From positions 62,001 through 126,000 of the forward strand of contig CDROCS010001088.1 in assembly GCA_977020255.1 (NCBI GenBank): DNA of 64,000 nt, in the 5' to 3' direction. The translations under genes and the position numbers were made by a program. The stretch is from Obrimoposthia wandeli. Lineage: Eukaryota. The notes below the pieces were generated by a model. The model saw nothing but the letters and a program-made list of their open reading frames with translations, ran no database searches and was not told where the DNA came from. Positions 26,390-37,954 of the stretch are shown piece by piece (within the stretch, counting starts at the first letter, position 1; each line of letters begins with the position of its first letter).

Positions 26390-26394
26390 ATAAA

Positions 26395-29300
26395 CAAATG
26401 CGCCAAAACAAGAAAAGATGTTACAACTGATGGAATTTCGTTTAACGGGAACCTTACAAATTAATTCAAAACCTAGGTTACAATAAGGCATTGAAATTGT
26501 TAGAGGAAAGATACGGAGGAAGGGAAAGGAATTATCGAAGTTTGATGGATGAAGTTGAAAAATTTAGGGTGGTAAGATAGAGAGAAGATCAAGACCTGAC
26601 GCATTTGTCCAATTGATAAATAAAATAATAATCAGAGTGAGAGCGGAGAACGACAAAGGCGATCTTGGAAATGGGTTTTTATTCAATAAGTTGCTGAGAA
26701 AATTGTCAATGCTAGGGGTTATGGATTGGACAAATGGATACAACAAAATAGAGAGGAAGAAAATGTATGACGTTAAAGATATGGGCACAGCAAGAAAGTG
26801 AAAACCTAAGGATAGCAAATGAAGTTAACGGAAGTGAAAGGTACATGTAAAAAGTAAGCATTAATCATGAAACCTATAGGAGATGAACCGGCGAGTTTGT
26901 AAACAGGGCGAGAACTTTCGTGGGAAATGCAAAAGCTAATAGCATAATTAGTTCTGGAAAATTTCAAAGGAAGGGAAGAGAGATAAAATGTCTGAGGAGT
27001 AATAAAGAGCACTACACGGATAAATGTGAAAAATTAAATAAACTATCAGTAGCAAAACGAAGACAGTGGGTCGACAATGAACGTTTGAGTCGAAATTGTC
27101 TTCGAAATAATCATGATGTAGCCCAGTGTAAGGTGAATAAATGGTGTAGAATGAATGACTGCACCGGCAAACACCACTGGATACTGCAAGCTAATGAAGA
27201 GCGAAATAATCAGACGCGTCCAAACTCCTTCTTTACAGAGGAAACAAAAGAAGAAAATACATTAGTGGCATTAAGAACAGTACCGTTTATAGTACGACAT
27301 AAAGGTCAAGAATTGGTAGTCAACAAATTGTTAGATGATGCCAGCACACGATCTTACATTAGTAAATATCTGGCAAGAACGTTAAGAGTGACAGGACAAA
27401 GACAAAATATTCATGTGGGAGTAAAAATTGGAGGAAACGTGGAAAATGTGGACTGTGCAGAAGTTAATGTAGAATTGTTGACAATGAATCGAAAAGTTAC
27501 GAAGTTAATTAACGCATTAGCAGAGCCAGAGATTACAGGGGAATTAAAGGTAATAAACTGATCAGATGAAGCAACAGTGGCGGCATCTCGAAGGTATAAG
27601 GTTTCCAGCAGTAAATGTGAAGAAAAAAAATAGAATTATTGATTGCCGCAGACAACATCGAACTTCAGAGTTATCTTAGAGAAGAGCTAGAAAGATCAGG
27701 CGCACCTATAGCAAGACTCACACCGTTGGGTTGGACTTATATAGGGCGGGTACGAGGATCGACTAAAGGTCGGCAGTATGCGAATTTGGCCCATACATAT
27801 TTGCGAACCCATATCGATACAGAGATTTTTTATATTAGGAAATTCTGGTAGGTGGAAGCCGTACCAAGGAAAGTTAAGTCAGAACGACGATAAAGTATTG
27901 TAGGAAACACGACGCGGAATAGTAGAGGTGGGAGGGAGGTATGAAGTAAGTTTACCGTGGAAAATGAGAGTGCTAATGTTAGATGGGATTGTGAAATGGC
28001 TAATCAGTGATAGAGGAGCTTGGAGAGACGATTAGACAAAGAGACACAGTTGAGATCGGAGTACACGGCAGTCGTCGAGAGCCATCTACAGAAAAGTTAC
28101 AACATAAAGGTACCGGAATATGAAGTAAAGTTGACTAAGTGGTTGTTGCCGCATTTTCCAATCGTCAAGCGGGGAAAAAACAACTAAAGTTCGAATAGTG
28201 TTCGATGCAGCTGCAGAAGTGCGAGACCCAAGTTTGAATGATTTAATTCATTGTAGGCCGAAGCTGCTAGGATATCTAGTAACGATCTTGTTAAGGTTCA
28301 GAAAAATGCTGTAGCATTAGTTTGTGATATATAGGAGATGTATCTCCAGGTAAAGGTGACAGAGAAAGATAAAGTGTGGTTGAGATTTCTATGGAAGGAG
28401 CACAGAAAAGTGGAAACGTATGAATTTAATCGGGTAGAGTTTGGAATAAGCGCGTCACCCTTCTTAGCACAGTTAGTGACTCAAGTAAATACGGAGAAGT
28501 TCGTAGGAATATTCAACAGGGCCATCGAGACGATATTAAAATTCATATATATGGACGATAGTTTGGATTCTGTGCCGTCCGTCGAATAGGCGATACAGTT
28601 ACAACAAGATCTGCTGCAGGTGTGGGTAGGTGCGGGAATGAGGGCCAAAAATGGTTAAGCAACAATGACAGTCAACGAACAAATCGCCACAGCGGACAAA
28701 GCGAAAGTATTACAAATCGCGGATTTCGAAACAATGCAAAGTATAAAGATCTTGGGAGTAGCGTGGAACGCACAAGCAGACGTCTTTGAAATGACGACGA
28801 GTTTAGAAACGTTAAGGACAATCACTAAGAGGATATTCCTAAGTCTTCTGTCAAAAGTATTTGACCCATTAAGTTTTGCGAGTCGAATAATAATAACAGT
28901 GAAGATTATTATGCAAGAGTTATGGCTGTCAGGTTTGGACTGGGATGAAAAAGTCGATGGAAGTATTAAAGAGAAGATAATTCATTGGGTGGAAGATGTA
29001 AAGTTGTTAAATAAGGTTAAAGTTCCCAGATGGATACGAGCTGGAATATCTAGTAAATTTTCGTTACACATTTTTGTAGACGCTTCTGAGCAAGCATATG
29101 GAGCAGTAGGTTACTTGAGAAATGAAGAAGCAGGCAGAGCGATAATAAGTTTCATCGCGTCAAAAACAAAATCGACGCACGTTAAAGTAAAAAGTATATT
29201 GCGTTTAGAATTATTAGCAGCATGAGTCGGTGTTAAATTAGCAAAAGTACTCACGATTGCGTTGGAGTTACAGTTGAAAGAGGTCAAGTTTTGGTCGGAC

Positions 29301-30360
29301 AGTCTGAACGTATTGTGGTGGATACGCCAGTCAGGGCGGTATTATAATGCATTCGTGGCTAATCGAGTAGGCATTATACAGGAGGAGACGAGTATAAGTC
29401 AGTGGAGGTACGTAACCACAAAATTAAATCCGGCGGACATATTGTCAAGAGGAGCTGGTGTTCAGCGATTGAGCCAAGACAAGTTATGGTGGGAAGGTAC
29501 CGATCTTTTATTGGAGCAAGAGATGGGGTGGCCAAAATAATCAACACTAGAAGGGATGTCAACAGAAGTGGAAAAGATGCAAAAAGTGATAGTTACACAT
29601 GTTACGCAGAGGATCGATGGGTTCAACATAAGTAAGTATTCGACACTAGCAAGGTTACAAAGATGCATGGCGTGAATAATACGTTTCATAACCAACGCAC
29701 GGTTAGATCGAGATAATAGATTATCGAAGGAACTGGAGATCACAGAGATTCAAACTGCAACAAAGCGTTTATTAAAAGCTGAGCAACAAAGATATTATCA
29801 TGAAGATTACAAAAGACTAGAACAACAAATGTCACTAGAGAATAGATATGGTCTAATTAAATTGAACCCATGGATCGATCCAGATGGAATAATACGGTCA
29901 AACACAAGAATTATCCATGCACAATCTTTGTATTATCAGGCCAAGTATCCTATAATCTTACCGTACAAAAGTTGGGTCACAAGATTGATCGTAGAGGCGA
30001 AACACAGAAAGTTGCATCATTATGCAGGCGTGCAGCATGTGTTGTGTGAGATAAATAAGCAATATTGGATTCCAAAAGCGAGAAGATTAATAAGAAGTGT
30101 GAAATTAAAATGTGTGACATGCCAAAAGAGTAAAGCGAGTGGAATGTCAGCTGTAATGGCTCCATTACCGCATTTCCGTTTTGAAGAATCACCCAGAGGA
30201 TTCGATTATGTATGAATTTATTACACAGGACCATTTTTAACGAAGCAAGGCCGTGGAAACGTCAGAATGAAACGGATCTTGTGTTTATTAACCTTGTATT
30301 GAAAGACGAGGAAGACTGAGAATGTTATTATCAGATAACGGGCAAATATGTTTTTTGAAG
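26395..30360 (+). mobile_element. BEL/Pao LTR retrotransposon internal region, decayed, truncated at both ends
   Basis: Gag core (KLIQNLGYNKALKLLEERYGG), triple Cys/His knuckles, protease LLDDAS, RT YMDD (28548), RNase H FVDASEQAYGA, integrase zinc finger H..H..C..C, then LSDNG. Order PR-RT-RH-IN; many stops and frameshifts; no LTRs seen. Confidence 0.95.
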
Positions 30361-32399
30361 CAGTAGCAATAGTTAAAAAACGCATGTGACGATACGAACA
30401 CCAGAATGTTCATATAATGGAGTCAATGGAGGTATTATGCACATCCGTTCTGGGCAATCTCACACACACATGATCATTACTGATTTACTGTGAAACGTCT
30501 TAATTATTTCAAGAGTGTTGTCCAGGTTTCTCAAATGTAAATTATATCCAGGTAGTGTCAACCCCCATTCGTTGCTTATTTTTTTATAATTTCACTACAC
30601 ACATGCACGAAATTTCATTCCACACACATGCACGGTTTTAAAGGACAGTGGTAGCCCCCGTGGGGTGGATTAGACCGGACACATCCACCTACTATCGTCC
30701 ATTGAAATAAGTCATATTTAATTTTGATATTGGCGTTTCGAACCTTTGCAATGAACAAGTTATTTTTTAACCATAAATAAAATCTAAACTAAATAGATCT
30801 GTTCAAAGGAACCAAAACTAAATATATCTTAATATCGAATGTACTTCTCTAGCGACGAGCTTTAATCACAGTGTTTTACTGTATATGAAAATAAATATAC
30901 TTTGTAAGTATGCTGTATACTATATATTGTTATATTCAACATCTTCTTGTTTTGTGTATTTACTAGAAAGATATAATGCATCAGTGACACCATTAACAAA
31001 AACAGACTGAAAAATGTTTTTCATAAAACATGCAAGCCGACATTTTGGGCGTTAGTAATATAGCAATTTTTACATTGATATGTTTCACATTCGGGTGTAA
31101 TTAGTTTATTTCTTTGTTCTAATTAATGTAATTATATTTTTTGTATTTTATTTTTTGTTTGCAACATTCAATATTTTCAGATTATAATCAGAAAAAATAT
31201 GCATATTATGTATAAAATTTATAAAGAATTAATTAATAATTTGTTCTGAGTTTAGTTTTCTAATTCATTTTTTGTTTGTAAATTATTTTAGGATTTTGCT
31301 ATTTTTTGTATTATGGTTTAACGAATAAAGACAAATTTTTACATTCATTATGAAAAAATTCTAATCAATTATGACAAAGAAGATAGTTTTTATCTGTGAA
31401 AAAAAAACCTTTTATGACAGTGGTAGTATGCAATGATTATAGATTTATGTACTTCTATGTGTATTTGGATCGAGGCTTATATTTTTAAAGAATTTTAGTC
31501 AAATCTACGTATAATCCTCCACGTAAGAAAAAGAATAAAAGCCGAGTGTACAAAAGGAGGAAATAAAATAAAGTGTTCATGCAATATATGAAGGGAAATA
31601 ATAAAAATCTTCGGATATTTAAAAATTATTCCCTTGATTTTTATCCTCTATGACAAATCTTGAGTTCCTCCTTAAACTTAAATGAAAGATAACACAAGAA
31701 ACAAATTTTCTTAAAAACAACCCAGAATTACCGGATACAGAGATTAAAAAGTTAGGAATTAGTTGATTAAACTACAATAAAAATTATAATTTCAAATCCC
31801 CCGATCTTTATTAATGTATTACTAAAATGCTCACGAATGTTCTTTATAAATATTCGATCTTCAACCACAAAAAGATGTTCCTACAAATGTCTCACAACAC
31901 ATAAATTATGTACAGGTATAGTCCACATCACCTTCTAAACAGAAGCATGAAAACAGTCCGAATCAAATGTTGCATTTCTAATACACGATTTTGAATATCT
32001 TGCAGTTTTATAATTTTCCTAAAGATCAAATTAAGGGCTAGATTTTCCTGAATTCTTTGACCATATTTACATATTCACATATTCATTACAAATATTTCTT
32101 CGTGTGAAAACATGTTCTGTGTTTCTAAATATCTTCATCATAAACTTATGGACACTTATTTTGTTGAAATAATTTGTTTAATCTAATCTTTTTACTGAAA
32201 TAATTGAATATAAGGAAAAATACGGTCGCTTTCATTAAATTTTCTTCTTTTTTCATTAACAATACTTTGAAATACTCTATAAATAATCCAAAATAAAGAT
32301 AGTTTTACTTTAGGAATGACTAAATAAAATCAATACAAATAATAAAAATATTTTCTATATCCTAATCGTTGAGACCTTGGTTTTATTAAGGAAGCATGA

Positions 32400-33250
32400 T
32401 GTCTATTATATGCATTAGTTCTTTCCAAATCTCTTCTTAAATTAAAAACTAAACTTCACTATCTCCGGTGCTTTATATTCACACTTAAGGATAACTCATA
32501 AGGCCCTATATGTTGTCTATAGTTCACATCAGAACTGATTGAAGGCTAATCAAGTAGAGAAACATTGTATTAGTCCAACCATCAGTGAGTAGTTCTTGAT
32601 GTGAAGGTAAGTCATCATCCATTTGGTAAAGGTATTTGAAAGTTTAGCAATAAAGCTTTTGTAGCAATCCTTGGTATCCGCCACTAATCTATGCACCTTC
32701 AGATTTCCACCAGTGGAGTGAATGAGTTTACTACAAAAGCTCCCCTAAACACAACAGGATCCTTTTTGTACTGCTCTCATATACGCCTTCTAACATACTA
32801 CACAGGAACTCAACTCATAGGTATTTTCACCACAAAAACATCTTGCTACAAGAAATCTTATGGTTTTTGACGGAACAACTTTATCCAGTTGAAACTAGTT
32901 GGCTTATGGTTATCTGTTGGCCATATTTTTTCACAGGCATTCTTGAAGTCAAACCATTTGCTCTTAGTTGTCGTTTTACTGTTCTGCAGACATGGGTAAA
33001 TTGTTTCTTTATTTTCACAGCCGTAGAAAATTTGTTAGCTTCAGACAGGCACAGTATTCTTCTTTCTTCACGGCCGTCATGTTTTTTCATACCCTTATAA
33101 TTTTTTTCTATCTTGTTGTACCTGTCACGCTTTTTGCTAAGTATTTGAAAATTCATGTTTATTGCAATTCCAAATAAGTCAAGTGATGTAGCAATGCTCG
33201 TTATTGTCAGCATGAAATCAAAGGGAATATATATTTTCTTATATTAATCT
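32400..33250 (-). pseudogene. Tc1 transposase remnant
   Basis: DGREERRILCLSEANKFSTAVKIK...RTVKRQLRANGLTSRMPVKK (Tc1 HTH2 region) and a downstream TFTSRTTH*WL...LD*PSISSDVN segment (cf. HTS...WPSQSPDLN). Confidence 0.75.
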
Positions 33251-33769
33251 CATCTAAATCAGTACTATGAAAAGTTTTGTTTCCTTGTTCTTTTATTGTA
33301 AATAAAACCAGATAATTGGTTAAGGCTTATCATCAGTTTTCCAGTCAAACATCGTTAATCAGTATCTGGAGACAATTCAATGAAAGTTACAGTAAAACAT
33401 AATATATTATAACATATAATATATATAGGCTTATTGCATACGTTCTGACCAAAAACATACATTTTAAAATCATTATTATGGTCATTAGTTCGACCAAATA
33501 ATTAGAAAATTCGGAACTACGGATATTCAAATTATTAAATTCGGAACTAAAGATATTCAAATTGGCAAATTCCGAACTACTGATATTTAAATTGAACTGG
33601 TGAGCAACAAAACACAACTTACATAAAGTACATTTTTTGAGTAAAGAAGAATTGAATTTTAAGTACATTTCAAGTATAATACGTTTTAATTTTAAGTACA
33701 TTTCAAGTATAATACGTTTTAATTTAAAGTATATTTCAAGTAATATATTTCAATAATATATTAAATTAA

Positions 33770-34343
33770 AAATTTAGTTAGACGTGTAGAAAGGCACGGG
33801 AAATAATTTGAAGGGTAAGCAGGAGGCGTATAAAAGTATACGCATAGAAAAGTGTCAACCCAATTGTGTATTTTGTAGTAATTTAGGAAGTTTTAAGTGT
33901 GCTAAGTTAAATATAGTTATTTTAGCGAAATCGATAGAAGATTCATTCCGAGTTAAATTTTTTGTGAAATTCGTGTGTCCCCTAACATATATATTAGCCG
34001 AGAGACAACGCACGAGACAATATTCTACGTGTTGACAGATTCAGAGGAGTATTGTCTACTTCGATTGATCCCGGCTCTGTTTCATCGATATTCGGTCTTG
34101 GTGTTGACAGACCCTTACGACATAAAAGCTAACTCAGCTGATAAACTATTCACCCTGCGTTACATCACACCACACTAGCCTTGGGGCCCTATTAGCTATT
34201 CTGTTAACACAACTCCTTAAAAACACCACAAAACAATAAGACACAAAACCTTCAAATTAAGACTAGCCTTATCGCTACAGAACTCTTGCTGGGGGCCTCC
34301 ATACGAGGATCTAATTGAAGAGTTTCAAATAGAAACCCTAACA
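33770..34343 (+). mobile_element. LTR (copy D) of the long-LTR family, 5' end not identified
   Basis: Ends with the family 3' block tatcgctacagaactc...gggggcctccatacgaggatcta...tagaaaccctaaca; no matching 5' TGTT or TSD found. Confidence 0.6.
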
Positions 34344-34529
34344 ATTGTGGAAAATAATTCTTTCAAAATCAGTTTTGTTTTAAATTTTGCATATTTAGGA
34401 ACATTTAAAAACAAACTTAATTTGATTGTTTTTTTCAAAATTTATCTGTTTTTACAGTTATTTAGTAGTTATGAATGATAAAAATAATATATTATAACTA
34501 TTTTATTTAATTATTCAGGTCTATACTTG

Positions 34530-36307
34530 TGTTAAGATTGGGATTCTAATAATTATGAAAAAATTAATTATTTATATATCGAAATAAATCTTTGAAAACA
34601 AGGTTAAAAATAAAATCAAATTTTAAATAAGAATTTAAAATTAAAATAACAAAATTATTAAGAATTTAAGGACCTTGAAAGGTCGTGTGCGATGTGTTAT
34701 ATATAGGTAAGTTAGACTAAATTAAGGGCCCCAAAAAAGATTAGATCAGCCCAGAGTGTGATTAGCAAAGCCTATCCGAGAAGCAATCTGAGAAGCAATC
34801 CTAGAAACAAGCAGCCGGTAGACGAAATCAATTTCCAGAATCCATTAGTGTTGTCTGGAGAACATTAACAGCGAGAAGAAATCTGGGAAACAAGCAGCTG
34901 GTAAACTGCAGATCAGAAAATCAATTAGCAGCCAAGGTAAGAAAAGTAAATAAAGGAAAATTTAAGCTTTATTAATTGCAGCACAGTTGGAAACAGACAG
35001 TTGATCGTACCAGAGATACAGTTGAGAGCAAGGTAAATCCAATATAAAAGGAAAAATTAAGCTTTATTAATTGAAGTACAGTTGGAAACAGACAGTTGAT
35101 CGTACCAGAAGGATCTTCCGTGATTCGTGGAGCTAGGGAATCTCAATTGAGCCTAGTGTTCGAGGAAGCAGATCGGAGACGCAGAGGTCGAGCCGAGCCT
35201 GGAAATCTCTAGGGATACAATATCTACGAAGGACGGTGAGCGCAGAGTGTACTGTAAGTCGATATTCCGGAAAACCAAGGATCCGTATTGTGCTCCGGAA
35301 GGCCATGCCAAGCGAAAATACTTGTGAGAAAGTTGAAAGATTAATAAAGTCTCATTGATAAAGTCTCATTGATAAAATAAAAGAATATTGAAAGATTAAT
35401 AAAGTCTCATTGATTCATTGATAAAATAATAGAATTTGAAAGATTGATATATTAAAAGAAAATTGTTTGAAAAGTGTTTTTGTGTAAAAGAAAAACACAT
35501 TTGTTTTAAAAGCATTTTTGCATTTTGCATTGGAAGTTAAAAGAGTTTTGCAAATTAAAGTTTATAAAGAGTTTGCATTGTGAAGTAAAAGAGTTTTTGT
35601 ATTTTCCATAGTTGGAAACCAATTGAGTTGTCCATTTTTAAGAATTTGATTTTAAAAACTACGTTAAAATACAAATCTTATTTGACTTACACTGCCCATA
35701 TTTTTAGAGCAACCAGCTCTACTAAAATCAACAAACTTAACTTGCCCATATTTTAGAGTGTTTACTCTGCATAAAACCAATAAACTAATTGCCCATAATT
35801 TTAGAGCAACTAGTTCTACTAAAATCAACAAACTTAACTTGCCCATATTTTAGAGTGTTTACTCTGCATAAAACCAATAAACTAATTGCCCATATTTTTA
35901 GAGCAACCAGTTCTACTAAAATCAACTAAATATACATCGCCCATATTTTTAGAGTAAAGACTCTATCGAACTAAAAACCCTCAATTAAAATCGATACGCG
36001 AAACGTCCCCACTTGTGTAGAGACTTTGTGAAAAGTAATTAAGATTAGCTGTTGTCATTTTTAGAACGTATTTTTAGAACGTAACTAGTGTGTTAAAGAA
36101 TAAAGATTTCCTACAACTAAACAACGTTGTTACATTCACACCACACCTAGACATAACAAACCTTCAGATAAGAATTGAGACAGGTAAGCCCAATTTAAGA
36201 AGGCCACAAACAACTGCAAGTCCTACTTCTATAGAACTCACACTGGGGCCCCCCATCAGAGGATTTATATCTAAACTCCAAAGTAGTTTCACATAGAAAC
36301 CCCAACA
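34530..36307 (+). mobile_element. Solo LTR (copy A), 1778 bp, Ty3/Gypsy-like
   Basis: TGTTAAG...CCCAACA termini; perfect 4-bp TSD cttg (34526-34529, 36308-36311); internal tandem duplications. Confidence 0.9.
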
Positions 36308-37954
36308 CTTGAGATTATTCCCTTAAAATATATAATTTAATTACTTGACTAAAAATTTATTTCAAAAAATACAATATTAAATGACTTATTTTGATGACTT
36401 ATTTTATATTATATTTTAAAACGTAATTTAATGTAGAATGCTAAAAAACTGGAAAAAGTTTTCTAAATAATATTAAATCGAATTGTTTTGTTTACAGTGA
36501 ATTATTTTTACCCAATAAAAGTGCGCCTAATTAACCATCATGAAAAATAAAACGACAATAAATACAATTATTTTCTTTTCTTTTAAACTTTATCAAAATT
36601 TCAACCTTCCTAATTTACTATAATTTCTTATATTTTGTTTTATATAACCAAAATTCTACACAAAATACAGTCATGCTTGCAGTTTTAAACATAATTATAT
36701 TATTTCAAAGTTTATTTGTTTTGTTGTCTTTTTACTGAATTTAATTGTAACAATTATTTGCACACAATTTAGCTGTTTCGTATTTAATAATTCATTTAGT
36801 AATTCACCGGATATGTTTTTCCTAAATCTAAATGTTTTCTTTCATTCTACAAAGCATTTTAATTCAACAATGAAAAGCTGAATAAATCATTTGATTCGAG
36901 AAAATAATACTAATTAAAGTTAACAAAGCAATGTATTTCATGAATGAATCGTAATCAAATTTTATCTTTATAAAACCCATTAAATAATACAATTAACAAT
37001 CTTTCGTAGTAATTATTTCTTTGTGAAAACTATAATTAGTCAATAAAAACACTATAATCAATATTTATCATCAATCAATGGAACTTTGAGCCCATTATTA
37101 TCTGATGATTGAGAGTTTAATAGGAATCATTTCACCAGACTACTATAATTGATGCAGATAGGAAATGCGATGATAATTTCCATCCGGTAGATTTGCTTCT
37201 GTTGGATTTGTAACAAAAATTACCATTGTCCTTGCTGTAGCAGCTGATGCTGATAATGAGTTATCGTGCGACGTGACAGACATTTTGTTTATCTAGCCAA
37301 TCACTCAGTAGAAGTACACATGCTATTGCCAACTAGTGCGATTTCACGATACATGCTGCCTAATTCCGAAAATTACTTTGTTTGAAAATATTATCGGAAC
37401 GATAGATTTTAATTAATGTTTTTCGTTTTATTTTATGATTCAACTCAACTTAATAATTGTTTTTAGTATTTACTTAATTACAGTGGTCTGCATAAAATAT
37501 TCTTTGATTTTTGGTTATATTTTTAGTTGGGATTTGTTTTTCCGTGATAAATCCTGATTTTTATAATGATCAATCTAATTTTTAGATTTATAAGATATTT
37601 TGTGTCTATTAAGTTTAGTTGAAGATGGTGTTTGTTCTACTTGGGATTTTGGTCAATTTATAAGATTTTAATTTAAATAATTTAGTTCGTTATTTTTGAG
37701 ATATTTTTTATTGAGTCAATTTATAGTTATTTTTGGTTAAATTATGAGTTTGTTTGGGTCAAAATTATTATAAAAGGATAAAATTTGAGACAATTTATAA
37801 GAAATATAAATTTTTTTTAAAAGAAAGTTGAGTCAATTTAATTAATTTTTTATTACGTCATTGCATTTGGGCAATTTTCATTCGAAATGCCCGCGTATTG
37901 CGTAATTAGGTCGACGAACATACCGCAGTATGTAATTCTGTGCACCGGAACTAA

